The notes: generated by a model from the sequence alone, not told the origin. Positions 8,721 to 19,150 are shown, counted from the stretch's first letter. The stretch: DNA of 64,000 bases from Sphingopyxis sp. (GCA_030148985.1 JASBSJ010000082.1:1558-65557), one strand, 5' to 3'. A program made the numbers and translations.

Positions 8721-10363
8721 GTCTCGGGCAGAAAGAGGATGCCGACGACCGCCGTGATCGCCGCGATCGTCACCGCATACCACAATCCCTGATAGATGTT
8801 GCCCGACGCCGCAACCATCGCGAAGGCGACCGTCGGCATGAAGCCGCCGATCCAGCCGTTGCCGATATGATAGGGCAGCGACAGCGAGGTATAGCGGATG
8901 CGCGCCGGGAACAGCTCGACAAGCAGCGCAGCTAGCGGGCCATAGACCATCGTCGCCAGCACACCGAAGACACAGAGGATCAGGATCACCTCGACCTTGT
9001 TCACCTGCGCCGGATCGGCCTTGTCGGGATAACCTGCCGCGTCGAGTCTGGCCTTGGCCGTCGCCGCGAAGGCAGCGACCGTCGCCGCGCGGCTTGCGGC
9101 GTCCAGCCCCGAAGGGTCGGGGACGGGCAGCACGGCATCCCCAATCCGCACCGTCGCCCCCGTTCCCGCGGGCGCATCGACATTGGCATAGCTGACGCCC
9201 GCCTTTGCCAGATAGGATTTGGCGATGTCGCAGCTCGTCCGGTCGAACGTGTTTTTGCCGATCGGATCGAACTGGAACGAACATTCGCCGTCGTGCGCGA
9301 CGACCGTGACCGGCGCGCGCTCGACCGCCGCAGCCATCGCCGGGTTGGCGGCAACGACCAGCGCCTTGTACAGCGGGAAATAGACGAAGATCGCGATGAC
9401 GCAGGCGGTCATCATGATCGGCTTGCGCCCGATCTTGTCGCTGAGCCAGCCGAAGAAGACGAAGCTGGGAATAATCAGCATCAGCGCGGTCGCGACAAGG
9501 AAATTGGCGGTCGCCCCATCGACCCGCGCGATGCGTTCGAGAAAGAAGAGCGGATAAAGGTGCGCGGCAAAGCCGATCACCGCCTGCCCCGCCACCGCGC
9601 CGAAAAGCGCGATCAGCACGATCTTCAGGTTTTTCCACTCACCGAACGCTTCGGTCAGCGGTGCTTTCGATGTCGCGCCCTGCGCCTTCATCCGCTGAAA
9701 CACCGGGCTTTCCTCCAGCTGGAAGCGGATCCACAGCGTGACGGTGAGCAGCACGATCGAGAAGATGAAAGGAATGCGCCAGCCCCAGGCGAGGAAGGTT
9801 TCGGCATCCATCACCGTGCGAAGCCCCACGACGAGCGACGAGGCGAGGATCAGGCCGAGCATCGCCGTCGTCTGGATAAAGCTGGTATAGAAGCCGCGTT
9901 TTCCGGGCGGCGCATGTTCGGCGACATAGACCGCCGCGCCGCCATATTCGCCGCCGATAGCGAGGCCCTGGAGCAAGCGCAGGACCATGAGGGTGATCGG
10001 CGCCGCGATGCCGATGCTGTCATATCCGGGCAGAAAGCCGACCGCAAAGGTCGACAGGCCCATGATCGCCATCGTGACGAGGAAGGTGTTTTTGCGCCCG
10101 ACAATGTCGCCGATCCGCCCGAACACCAGCGCCCCGAACGGGCGCACCGCGAACCCCGCGGCAAAGGCCATCAGCGCCAGGATGAAGCCCGTGGTCTCGT
10201 TCACCCCCGAAAAGAAATGATACGACAGCGCGCTCGCGAGCAGGCCATAGAGGTAGAAATCATACCATTCGAACACCGTGCCCAGCGACGATCCGATGAT
10301 GACGCGCCGTTCGGTCCGTGCCTTGTCCGCCGCGGTCGGCAGATCATTCGCTTCGCTAGCCAT
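8696..10363 (-). CDS. MFS transporter, MHS (metabolite:H+ symporter) family
   Basis: GTVFEWYDF, GRIGDIVGRK, LQGLAIGGEYGGA and ELFPARIRYT motifs. Confidence 0.93.
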   Translation of the reverse strand: MASEANDLPTAADKARTERRVIIGSSLGTVFEWYDFYLYGLLASALSYHFFSGVNETTGFILALMAFAAGFAVRPFGALVFGRIGDIVGRKNTFLVTMAIMGLSTFAVGFLPGYDSIGIAAPITLMVLRLLQGLAIGGEYGGAAVYVAEHAPPGKRGFYTSFIQTTAMLGLILASSLVVGLRTVMDAETFLAWGWRIPFIFSIVLLTVTLWIRFQLEESPVFQRMKAQGATSKAPLTEAFGEWKNLKIVLIALFGAVAGQAVIGFAAHLYPLFFLERIARVDGATANFLVATALMLIIPSFVFFGWLSDKIGRKPIMMTACVIAIFVYFPLYKALVVAANPAMAAAVERAPVTVVAHDGECSFQFDPIGKNTFDRTSCDIAKSYLAKAGVSYANVDAPAGTGATVRIGDAVLPVPDPSGLDAASRAATVAAFAATAKARLDAAGYPDKADPAQVNKVEVILILCVFGVLATMVYGPLAALLVELFPARIRYTSLSLPYHIGNGWIGGFMPTVAFAMVAASGNIYQGLWYAVTIAAITAVVGILFLPETYKRDIEA

Positions 10364-10433
10364 ATGTCTCTCCCATTATGACCCGTTGGAGGCGGCGGGC
10401 TCTTGTCCGGCCCGCCCGCTGCATCCGGGGATT

Positions 10434-11351
10434 TCAGTGCGCGGCCGCCATCGTCGGCGCCGTAAAGCCAGCGTTCGCAAGTTCGCGTTCGGCCTGCGAG
10501 AAGCCATAGGCGGGGACGATCTCGCCGCGACGGTCGGTCACGCGCTCCCATTCGGCCGCGACGCGCGCGGCCGCATCCGCGCCGCGTCCGATGAACGCGC
10601 CTTCGGTCAGCGTGACATGCGCGGCGGCGAAATGGCCCGCGCCTGCGCAAAGGATCGCACGCGTCGGCGCATCATCGCTCACCAGCGCGAGCAGTCCGGG
10701 GCTCACCGCGTCGGGCGCGAGTTCGGCCAGCGCATCGGGGGCGAGCACGCCTTCGGTCATCGCTGTCGCCGCCGTCGGGGCCAGGCAATTGACGCGGACA
10801 TCATATTTCTGGCCCTCGATCGCCAGCGTCTGCATCAGCCCGACGAGCGCCATCTTCGCTGCGCCATAATTGGCCTGCCCGAAATTGCCGTAGAGCCCCG
10901 ATGACGATGTGGTCATCACGATCCGGCCGAAACGCCGTTCGCGCATCTGGTCCCACACGGCCTTCGAACAGACCGCCGCGCCCATCAGATGCACGTCGAC
11001 GACCAGGCGGAAGTCGGCGAGGTCCATCTTCGCAAAGCTCTTGTCGCGCAGGATGCCGGCGTTGTTGACCAATATGTCCACCCCGCCCCATGCGCGCGTC
11101 GCCGCATCGACCATCTCCGCGACCGCCGCCTCATCGGTAACCGAGGCCGCGGCGGCCAGCGCACTGCCTCCGCGCGCCACGATCTCGGCCGCGACGGCTT
11201 CGGCCGCATCGCCATGCATGTCGTTGACCACCACGCGCGCGCCGTGACGCGCCAGCAGCAGCGCGTGCGACCGCCCCAGCCCGCCGCCCGCGCCCGTTAC
11301 GATCGCGACCCGTCCCGCCAGCTCCATTCCCATCGCCTCCTCATTTTCCAT
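10434..11351 (-). CDS. SDR oxidoreductase (hydroxyacyl-CoA dehydrogenase-like)
   Basis: TGAGGGLG, NNAGILRD and GNFGQANYGAAK. The start could be a few codons downstream. Confidence 0.92.
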   Translation of the reverse strand: MENEEAMGMELAGRVAIVTGAGGGLGRSHALLLARHGARVVVNDMHGDAAEAVAAEIVARGGSALAAAASVTDEAAVAEMVDAATRAWGGVDILVNNAGILRDKSFAKMDLADFRLVVDVHLMGAAVCSKAVWDQMRERRFGRIVMTTSSSGLYGNFGQANYGAAKMALVGLMQTLAIEGQKYDVRVNCLAPTAATAMTEGVLAPDALAELAPDAVSPGLLALVSDDAPTRAILCAGAGHFAAAHVTLTEGAFIGRGADAAARVAAEWERVTDRRGEIVPAYGFSQAERELANAGFTAPTMAAAH

Positions 11352-11379
11352 ATTAATAACTCACTTGTGAGTGAATATA
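11352..11379. promoter_or_regulatory. Putative TetR operator, copy 2
   Basis: Palindrome ACTCAC-TT-GTGAGT (11359-11372) followed by GAATA, directly upstream of the SDR gene. Confidence 0.55.
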
Positions 11380-11413
11380 ATGATCGATCGAATTGTCCCG
11401 TGCCGGACCGAGC

Positions 11414-12154
11414 TCAGCTCGCGCGGTCTTCGCGGCGCTGGTTGCAGATGTCGCGAAAGCCCGCGGCCATGAAGCGCGCCATGCGCGCCTTCACCGCTTC
11501 ATAATCGTCCGAACGGCAAAGCCCGTGCGACAATTTGTCGATGCGCCCGGTGCGCGCGAGCGTCAGCATCAGCGCGCCGGTGACGAAATGATAGCCCCAG
11601 AAAATATCCTCCTCGGCGGCATCGGGCAGCGCCTTTTTCAATATCTCGATCAGGCGCAGCACGACGGGATCGAAATATTTGTCCATGAATTCGGCGCCCT
11701 CCGGGCTGTTCGACGCCTGCGCGCCGAACGCGCCATAATTTTTCCAGCCCTCGCCGCCCTGGATATAGAGATCGAGGTCGGTATCGAGGAAGGCGTGGAG
11801 CGCGCCCTCGACAGTCGGATTGTTCCCCGCGGCGCGCTCATAATCGTCGAGCGCCTGCATCCTTTTGTCGATCGTCACCACCGCGCGGCGCGCGAAGACC
11901 GCGTCGAACAGCGTTCGCTTGTCGTCGAAATAATAGTTGAGCAGCGTGTGATGAACGCCGACCTGCTTGGCGACGTCCTTCAGCGTCACGCCGTGGAAGC
12001 CGTGTTTCGAGAAGAGCAGCTCGGCCGTGTCGAGGATCTGCTCCATCATCTCGGCACGCTGTTCCGCCTTGGTCGGCCGCTTTGCCACGATCTTCGCCTT
12101 CGACGCCAAATTCGCTTCCTTCTGCACCAATATTTCCGCCGCCGCGGCTGTCAT
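11414..12154 (-). CDS. TetR/AcrR family transcriptional regulator
   Basis: ILDTAELLFSKHGFHGVTLKDVAKQVGVHHTLLNYYF HTH. The ATG at 12154 follows the ligase stop. Confidence 0.92.
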   Translation of the reverse strand: MTAAAAEILVQKEANLASKAKIVAKRPTKAEQRAEMMEQILDTAELLFSKHGFHGVTLKDVAKQVGVHHTLLNYYFDDKRTLFDAVFARRAVVTIDKRMQALDDYERAAGNNPTVEGALHAFLDTDLDLYIQGGEGWKNYGAFGAQASNSPEGAEFMDKYFDPVVLRLIEILKKALPDAAEEDIFWGYHFVTGALMLTLARTGRIDKLSHGLCRSDDYEAVKARMARFMAAGFRDICNQRREDRAS

Positions 12155-12159
12155 TCGGC

Positions 12160-13719
12160 CTACACCTGTCCGTATTCGGCCCGCAATTGCAATTTGTCGA
12201 TCTTGCCCGTGGGCGCCAGCGGCATGACGTCGAGGCGGATGATCGCATCGGGAACCCACCAGGACGCGACCCTGCCGCTCAGCGGAGCAAGCAACTCGGC
12301 GTCGCTGACGGAGGGGTCGCAAGTTTCGACGAGCAGGATCGGGCGTTCGCCCCATTTGGGGTCCGACCGTCCGATCACCGCGGCGAGCGACACTTGCGGC
12401 AACGCGCCGACGATGGCCTCGATTTCGGCCGGATTGATCCACTCGCCGCCCGACTTGATCAGGTCCTTGGCGCGCCCGGTGATCGTCAGATTGCCCGCCG
12501 CATCGAGGCGCGCGAGGTCGCCCGTATCGAACCAGCCGTCGGCATCGGTCGCAGGCTCCGCCTGCCCGAAATAGCGTTCGACGACCGAGCCGCCGCGCAC
12601 GCGCAAATGCCCTTCCCCGCCGCGCTGTTCGGCAAGCGCCGTGCCGTCGGCGTCGGTCAGCAACAGGTCGATCCCCATCGCGGGGCGGCCCGAAAGGCCA
12701 GGCTTGCGCGCGGGATCGCCGGGCAACGCCGCGGTGCCGAGCGGCGACAATTCGGTCATGCCCCAGCTCGTCTGCACCTCGGCGCCCAGCCGCTTTTCGA
12801 TCCGATCCATCAGCGCGGGCGGCATCGGCGATCCGCCGACGAGGATGCGCTGGAGCGAGGGAACCTCGCCGCCCTCGGCCTCCAGATGTTCGACAAGGCC
12901 CAGCCAGACGGTCGGGACGCCGACCGCGGCGGTCACGCCTTCGTCGCGGATCAATCGCGCGAGATGCGCGCCGTCGCTGTGACGGCCGGGCAGGACCAGC
13001 TTCGCGCCCACCGCGGGCGCGGTGAAGGGAATGCCCCACGCGTTCGCGTGAAACATCGGCACGACGGGCATCACCGCATCGCGCGCGGTGATGCCGAGGA
13101 CATCGGCCTGAAGCTGGCGCATCGTGTGGAGGAAGCAGCCGCGATGCGTATAGGTGACCCCCTTCGGCGCTCCGGTGCTGCCCGAGGTGAAGCAAAGCCC
13201 CGACGGGCTCGTTTCGTCGAACCCGCCCCACACCGCATCGGCGTCGCACGACGCGATCAGCCGATCGAGCGCGCGTTCTTCGTCATCGGCGTCAAGCAGC
13301 AGGATGTGACGGACCGAAGCCAGATTGCGCGCCGCATCCTCGGCCAGCGGCAACAGGTCGGGGCTGACCAGCAGCACCGCCGCTTCGGACTGCGACAGCA
13401 TCGAGCCGAGCTGCGCGGGCGTCAGGCGCGGATTGAGCGTGTGACAGATCGCGCCCATGCCCATGATCCCGTACCACGCCTCGACATGCCCCTGCGTATT
13501 CCAGGCGAGCGTCGCGATCCGGTCGCCTTTCGCAACCGCGAGCCGCGCGAGCGCGCCCGAAACACGAAGCGCACGGTCGCGCAGCGCGGCATAGCCGATG
13601 CGCCGGACCGCACCATCCGCTCCCGCCGACACCACTTCGGCGTCGGGATGCCATTTGGCGGCGTGGGAGAGAAATTTGTCGAGCGTCAACGCATAGGATT
13701 GCATCGATCCGTCGATCAT
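12160..13719 (-). CDS. AMP-dependent acyl-CoA ligase
   Basis: FTSGSTGAPKG, WGMTE, TGD, RAKDLIKSGGEWI and TGKIDK motifs. The start overlaps the esterase stop. Confidence 0.92.
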   Translation of the reverse strand: MIDGSMQSYALTLDKFLSHAAKWHPDAEVVSAGADGAVRRIGYAALRDRALRVSGALARLAVAKGDRIATLAWNTQGHVEAWYGIMGMGAICHTLNPRLTPAQLGSMLSQSEAAVLLVSPDLLPLAEDAARNLASVRHILLLDADDEERALDRLIASCDADAVWGGFDETSPSGLCFTSGSTGAPKGVTYTHRGCFLHTMRQLQADVLGITARDAVMPVVPMFHANAWGIPFTAPAVGAKLVLPGRHSDGAHLARLIRDEGVTAAVGVPTVWLGLVEHLEAEGGEVPSLQRILVGGSPMPPALMDRIEKRLGAEVQTSWGMTELSPLGTAALPGDPARKPGLSGRPAMGIDLLLTDADGTALAEQRGGEGHLRVRGGSVVERYFGQAEPATDADGWFDTGDLARLDAAGNLTITGRAKDLIKSGGEWINPAEIEAIVGALPQVSLAAVIGRSDPKWGERPILLVETCDPSVSDAELLAPLSGRVASWWVPDAIIRLDVMPLAPTGKIDKLQLRAEYGQV

Positions 13720-15353
13720 TGGCACCCCGCGACCTTCGGCGGCAGCGGCGGCGCGATGACGCCGACGTTCCAGTTCCACGGAATATCGCCCGCGGCGCGG
13801 CGGCGGCAGACCACCGCTTCGTGCAGCGCCGAAACGCCGGGAAACAGATTATGCCCCGCGCGCGGGCTCCCGGCGAAATGCATGAAACCGCGATTGTCGG
13901 CATAGTCGGGCCAGTCGGGCTGATCCTTGGCGCGCGGGGTGCCGCTCGCCGCGAAACTCGCCCAATAATCGGTCATCGCGTCCGAAAGCTTCTTTTCGGC
14001 GAGCGTATCGGGGATTTTCGGCCAAAGCGGCGGCGTCCGCGTCGCGGTTCCGAAAATATAGGGCAGTTCGGCGGCGTGAAAGGCGTGCAGGTTCCATTCC
14101 TGCATCGCCGGATAGCCATGGTCGAAATAATAAAAATAGGAGGGCTGCCCGAGCGCCGCCTGGTTCGACACTAGCCGTTCCGACGTCCAGCCGTACATCG
14201 CGTCGCGCGTCGCGGCGAGCATGCTTTCGTCGATATTTTTGGCCGGATAACGCGCAAGGAAAAGATCCGCGAGGTCGCCATAGCCGGCGCGGATCGCCGC
14301 CTCATACGCCACCGCATCGGCAGGCGCCTTGGGCAGCAGGAAGCGCAGCGAGCGAATTTCGCCGCTGTTGAACCCGGCCAGGATCGGAACGGGCGCCTGC
14401 TCGCCCTTGTCAAACGTCTCGACCAGCTGGCGCGGCACCACCTTGCCGTCGACGGTCGGAAACGGGAAAAAGCCCGTCGCCGGCGCTTTGGAAGCAATTT
14501 CTTCCGCCGGCATCGCGCGGAGCGCCGCGAGGTCGGTCGCGCCAAGCTTAGCGGCCAGCCCCTTGCCCAACTCTTCGGCAGGGACCATGCCGTTGATCGC
14601 ACCGCTCAATCCGGATGCCGACACCATATAGGCGCTCTGCGCGATCGCCTTGTGGAACAGCCCGCGGGCCTGCGGCGCCGCCATCAGATACATGACGCTG
14701 AGCGCGCCTGCCGATTCCCCGGCGATGGTGACATTGCCGCTATCGCCGCCAAAGGCTCCAATGTTGCGCTTGACCCATTCGAGCGCCGCAATCTGGTCGA
14801 GCAGCCCATAATTGCCCGACACGCGATCGGGCGATTCCGCGCTGAGCTCCGGATGCGCCAGATAACCGAGCGCGCCGAGGCGATAGTTGATCGACACGAC
14901 GATCAGCCCGCGTTTCGCCAGCGCGCTGCCGTCGTAAAGCGGCTCCGCGCCCGATCCGGCCGTCAGCGAGCCGCCGTGTATCCACAGAAACACCGGCGCA
15001 CCGCGCGCATCCTTGGGCGCCCAGATATTGAGCGAAAGGCAATCCTCGCTCATCGTCGGCATATCCCCGGCATAGATGCTCGCCGCGCGCGGCTTTGGTT
15101 GCACACACGCCGCGCCGAACTTCGTCGCGTCGCGCACGCCTTCCCACGCCGCCGCAGGGACCGGCGGGCGCCAGCGGCGCTCGCCGACGGGCGGCGCGGC
15201 ATAGGGAATGCCCTTGAAGACACGCACCCCGCGATCCTCGCTGCCGCGCACGCTTCCCGCCGGCGCCGCAACCACCACATCGTCGGCGGCAATCGCCGGA
15301 ACGGGCGCGACCATTGCCAGGGCTAGGGCCAAATATTTCCATCGCCGGATCAT
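13716..15353 (-). CDS. Secreted type B carboxylesterase
   Basis: Signal peptide MIRRWKYLALALAMV..AIA, FKGIPYA, SEDCLSLNIW, HGGS, GESAG nucleophile. Confidence 0.93.
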   Translation of the reverse strand: MIRRWKYLALALAMVAPVPAIAADDVVVAAPAGSVRGSEDRGVRVFKGIPYAAPPVGERRWRPPVPAAAWEGVRDATKFGAACVQPKPRAASIYAGDMPTMSEDCLSLNIWAPKDARGAPVFLWIHGGSLTAGSGAEPLYDGSALAKRGLIVVSINYRLGALGYLAHPELSAESPDRVSGNYGLLDQIAALEWVKRNIGAFGGDSGNVTIAGESAGALSVMYLMAAPQARGLFHKAIAQSAYMVSASGLSGAINGMVPAEELGKGLAAKLGATDLAALRAMPAEEIASKAPATGFFPFPTVDGKVVPRQLVETFDKGEQAPVPILAGFNSGEIRSLRFLLPKAPADAVAYEAAIRAGYGDLADLFLARYPAKNIDESMLAATRDAMYGWTSERLVSNQAALGQPSYFYYFDHGYPAMQEWNLHAFHAAELPYIFGTATRTPPLWPKIPDTLAEKKLSDAMTDYWASFAASGTPRAKDQPDWPDYADNRGFMHFAGSPRAGHNLFPGVSALHEAVVCRRRAAGDIPWNWNVGVIAPPLPPKVAGCQ

Positions 15354-15381
15354 CACCCTGCCCTTTCCGTCATGCCGCGCA

Positions 15382-17661
15382 TCAGAAGCGATAATTGGCG
15401 CGAACGCCGATCGTGCGCGGACGCATCCGGGCATAGCGCGCCTCAAGGAATGCTTCGGGATGGACATAGGTGATCGACTTGTCGTCGAGGAGATTTTCGA
15501 CATAGGCGCCCAGGTCGATCGCACCCAGCTTCGCCCCGGCATAGAGATTCACATTGGTCCACGCCTCGGTGAAGTCATAGGTCGGGCTGACCGCATTGGG
15601 ATTGCCCGGCACGTTGGGGAACTGGTTCGGGAAAGAACCGGCGTGTGAGACGTTGACCGCAGCATAGGCCGTGTCGCCGCCGCCGATCCCGAAATCGTAC
15701 CGCAGCGTGCCCGATCCCTGGAATTTCGGCGACGCCAGCCGGGTGCCGATCTCGGCGCCGGAGATCGCCGCTTCGATCGCCGTGAGGTCGGTCACCTTGG
15801 CGCGGTTGAACGATCCGTTCAGCGACAGGCTGAGCCCCTGCACCGGCCGCGCGATGAACTCATATTCAAGGCCATAGCTTTCGGCGCCGCCGATGTTCGT
15901 TGCGAACTGGATCGAGTCCGACACACGGTTCGCCTGAACCTGAATATCCTTCCAGTCGATATAATAGGCGGCGATATTGGCGGTCAGGTCGCCGCCCAGC
16001 CAGCGGCCCTTGAGCCCCACCTCATAGTTGGTGACGCTGTCCGATTTCGCGCCGTCGGGAATGACGATGTCGTTGGGATTGATCGCGCTCACCAGTCCCG
16101 CGCGCGCGTTGACCACCGGCGTGCGGAAGCCGGTCGAGATCGTCGCATAGGTCGTCAGGCTGTCGGTCGGTTTCCACGACACACTACCCTTCCACGACAG
16201 CCGGTCGTCCTTGACCTTTAGACCAGCGGCATAGTTGATCGGCGTGATCGTCAGCGGAATGTTCGACAGGCCGAACAGCGCCGCCGTCAGATAATTGCTG
16301 TTATAGCCGCCGCCGCGGGTAAAGCTCTGCACCTCGGTGCTGCCGTAACGCAGACCGCCGGTGACCCAAAAGCGGTCGCTGAAACGGAAGGTCGCTTCGC
16401 CGAAGCCGGCAATTTCGGTCTGGTCGGTGTAGGCGTTGAAGCGCTGATAATATTCGTCGGGCAACCCGGTCAGGCCGCGTGCATCGAGGAATTCCTGCGA
16501 CGAGCGATAGTCGAAATCGACGGTCCGGCGCTTGTCGTAATAGAAAAAGCCCGCGACCCATTCGAACGACCCGTCGTGACGCGACACCAGCCGCGTTTCC
16601 TGCACGAACAGATCGTCGAACCCATAGGCATCGAGCGCGAAGGGAAAGGCCTGCCCAAAGGTGCCGGCAAGATCGACATAGAAGGACGCATCATAGTCCG
16701 ACAGGGTGGTCGAACTGATGAGCTCTGCAAAATCGAACTCGTAATTGATCGTGAGATTATAGTTGGTGAGCTTGCCCTGGAACAGGTCCGGCCGATCGGA
16801 GCGGCGGACGAAATTGCCGAGCAGCGGGTTGGTCAGCGCCGAATCCGCGGGCTTGCTGTTTTCATAGGAGGCGAGCAGCTTCACCTTCATCCGGTCGGTC
16901 GGCTGGAGGAGCAGGATCGCGCGGCCACCAAAGGCTTCAAGGCTGTTCGAATCCTCGACGCCGGTGCCGATATTGTCGACCCAGCCGTCCTCGTTGCGAT
17001 AATAGCCGGTGACGCGCAGCCCGATTTCATCCTTCATGATCGGGACATTGACCATCGCATTATAGCGCTGGCGCAGCGCACTCGATCCGGTCAGGCCAAG
17101 GTCGACGCTCGCCGACGCCTCGAAATCGTTAAGGTCGGGGCTTTTTGTGATGATGCGCATCGCCCCGGCGAGCGAGTTCGAACCGAACAGAGTCCCCTGC
17201 GGTCCGCGCAGGAATTCGACGCGCTCGACGTCGTACAGATTAGGATCGAGGATCGTCGAATTGCCGTTCGCCGAGATCGGCAGTTCGTCGACATAGATGG
17301 CGACGGCGCTTTGCAGCCCGGCCGAATAGCCATTGGTGTTGATGCCGCGCGCGGTGAAATTGTTGAAATTCTGCGTCGGTCGGTTGACGACGATGCCCGG
17401 CGTGTTCTGCGCAATGCCTTCATAACCGACGATGCCGAGTTCGCTCAATTCTTCCTGATCGAAGGCGGTCACGCTGAGCGGGACGTCCTGAAGGCGCTCG
17501 GTGCGCCGCGTCGCGGTGACGATGATGTCGTTCGCATCGCGTTTCTGATCCTGCGCCTCGGTATCGGCGGACGGGGGCGCGCTCGTCGATTGGGCGTGCG
17601 CGGCAACGGGTATCGCGAACAGGGCGGCCGCCGAGGCGGACGCAAAAAGCTGAGCCTTCAT
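15382..17661 (-). CDS. TonB-dependent receptor (module 1)
   Basis: Signal peptide, TonB box DIIVTA, VERVEFLRGPQGTLFG, C-terminal YRF. Confidence 0.95.
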   Translation of the reverse strand: MKAQLFASASAAALFAIPVAAHAQSTSAPPSADTEAQDQKRDANDIIVTATRRTERLQDVPLSVTAFDQEELSELGIVGYEGIAQNTPGIVVNRPTQNFNNFTARGINTNGYSAGLQSAVAIYVDELPISANGNSTILDPNLYDVERVEFLRGPQGTLFGSNSLAGAMRIITKSPDLNDFEASASVDLGLTGSSALRQRYNAMVNVPIMKDEIGLRVTGYYRNEDGWVDNIGTGVEDSNSLEAFGGRAILLLQPTDRMKVKLLASYENSKPADSALTNPLLGNFVRRSDRPDLFQGKLTNYNLTINYEFDFAELISSTTLSDYDASFYVDLAGTFGQAFPFALDAYGFDDLFVQETRLVSRHDGSFEWVAGFFYYDKRRTVDFDYRSSQEFLDARGLTGLPDEYYQRFNAYTDQTEIAGFGEATFRFSDRFWVTGGLRYGSTEVQSFTRGGGYNSNYLTAALFGLSNIPLTITPINYAAGLKVKDDRLSWKGSVSWKPTDSLTTYATISTGFRTPVVNARAGLVSAINPNDIVIPDGAKSDSVTNYEVGLKGRWLGGDLTANIAAYYIDWKDIQVQANRVSDSIQFATNIGGAESYGLEYEFIARPVQGLSLSLNGSFNRAKVTDLTAIEAAISGAEIGTRLASPKFQGSGTLRYDFGIGGGDTAYAAVNVSHAGSFPNQFPNVPGNPNAVSPTYDFTEAWTNVNLYAGAKLGAIDLGAYVENLLDDKSITYVHPEAFLEARYARMRPRTIGVRANYRF

Positions 17662-17737
17662 GTGAATCTCTCCCTCCAGATCGGCGCTCTTCGTCGCCGA
17701 CTTGGCGGTGATTTATGCCGCACAGATCGCAATTGTC

Positions 17738-17765
17738 AATATTCACTATCGTGCGTGTGAATATT
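17738..17765. promoter_or_regulatory. Putative TetR operator, copy 3
   Basis: Perfect 9-bp inverted repeat AATATTCAC-N10-GTGAATATT upstream of the receptor operon. Confidence 0.55.
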
Positions 17766-17838
17766 ATTCCGCAGACCTCAGTGGGGCGCGCGACCCTCCA
17801 GACGTCGCCGCGCTGCGGTCAGTGGTCGATGGGGGCGC

Positions 17839-18912
17839 TCAGGGCGTGTCTTGCGGTGCGACGGACTCGCCGCCGACCGCGCGAGCAAGGCGCAGCCACA
17901 ATTGCTGATCGAAATCCGCATCGGGAGCATCCGCACCCGTGCGCACCACCACCAGGTCCAGGCTGGGAACGATATAGAGGCGGCGATCGAGAAAGCCGAA
18001 CGCCGCGACAAGATCCGCCGGTGCCGCCGGGATCAGGCGCCCCGTGCTGGGCCGACCATCGGCGCGGACGCCGCCTTCGCCGCCATTCAGCCACCACAGC
18101 CGCCCATAGGCCGAATTGCTCGGCGAGGGGGCGAAGAGCGCCGCCAGATTGGCGGCCGAAACGATCCTTTTGCCATTGGAAGCCACGCCGCCATTCAGGA
18201 TCATCTGCCCGAACCGCGCAGTGTCGCGCGGCGAGGTGACGAAGCCCGTGTTGTTGCCGACTCCGGCCAGCGCCGCGGGCCGCTGCCGCCAATCGGTCTC
18301 GGTCATGCCGGCAGGCCCGGTCAGCCAGTCCTGCGTAAGCTGCTCAAGGGACAGCTTGCTCGCGGCGACCAGGATGCGCTTCGAGACCGCGTATACCGGG
18401 GTGTTATAGAAGAATTTCGTCCCCGGCGGGGCGACATAGGCGAATTTTTCGTCGAGGCCCGAATTCATCTGCAGGATATGGATCACGCGGATTCGTCGCT
18501 CCTGCTCGGGCGCCGCTTTCGACCAACCGGCGCCGATATAGTCGCTGACCGGCCTGTCGACATCGATCAGCGACTTGTCGGTGGCCACCGCCGTCAAGAC
18601 CGCGATAAAGCTTTTCTGCTGCGAAGCCACATCCTCGAACAACGCGCCGCTGTTGGTCGGGCCATAGCGAAAAATCGCAAATGTGGGGTCTTCGGGTGCG
18701 GGCCAGTTTTCTTCGACCAGCGTTTTTCCGCCACGCACAACAATGAAGCCGGTGGTGTTCTGACTGCGCACATAATCGAGCAGATCGCGTACCACGTCGT
18801 CCTGTCCGATCGGCGTTGCAGGACTTCCGGCCGGGACCCCCACCGCTGCGGGCGCGCAAGCCGTCAGCGCGACCCCAATTGCCGTTGCTAAGAGTCCCCG
18901 CCAATGTCGCAT
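17839..18912 (-). CDS. Serine hydrolase, beta-lactamase/class C esterase family, predicted lipoprotein
   Basis: Lipobox LTAC, SQQK (SxxK), FFYNT, YGRLWW. Confidence 0.85.
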   Translation of the reverse strand: MRHWRGLLATAIGVALTACAPAAVGVPAGSPATPIGQDDVVRDLLDYVRSQNTTGFIVVRGGKTLVEENWPAPEDPTFAIFRYGPTNSGALFEDVASQQKSFIAVLTAVATDKSLIDVDRPVSDYIGAGWSKAAPEQERRIRVIHILQMNSGLDEKFAYVAPPGTKFFYNTPVYAVSKRILVAASKLSLEQLTQDWLTGPAGMTETDWRQRPAALAGVGNNTGFVTSPRDTARFGQMILNGGVASNGKRIVSAANLAALFAPSPSNSAYGRLWWLNGGEGGVRADGRPSTGRLIPAAPADLVAAFGFLDRRLYIVPSLDLVVVRTGADAPDADFDQQLWLRLARAVGGESVAPQDTP

Positions 18913-19150
18913 GCCGCCTCCCTTCTGGTCTTTCGCGGGCATGGGTCATGTCCCCGATTCCGACGCCCCCTTCTATCGGCACAGCCCGCCGCGACCAAAT
19001 GGCTATGACTTAGATAGGGTGCGTCGCAGTCCAGCCGCCAATCGGCTCGATCTGGCCAACCTCCCGCTTCCAGTTTCGTCGACTAAGCTTGATGGAGTGA
19101 CTCCCGGTTGCTTCGAGGCATTTTGGACGGAAGGCTTGGGCGGATTGTTC

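Noticed and set aside
11414-13249. 611-aa TetR fusion protein
   Set aside because: The N-terminal part is an alternative frame of the CoA ligase. The real TetR starts at 12154.
13716-17661. Fumonisin-degradation (fum) cluster, suggested by carboxylesterase B plus TBDR plus TetR
   Set aside because: No aminotransferase or tricarballylate-utilisation genes are present, and the family-level match is not specific.
17839-18912. Beta-lactam resistance gene
   Set aside because: It has the SxxK fold only and lacks a KTG motif. It looks like an esterase/amidase-type serine hydrolase.
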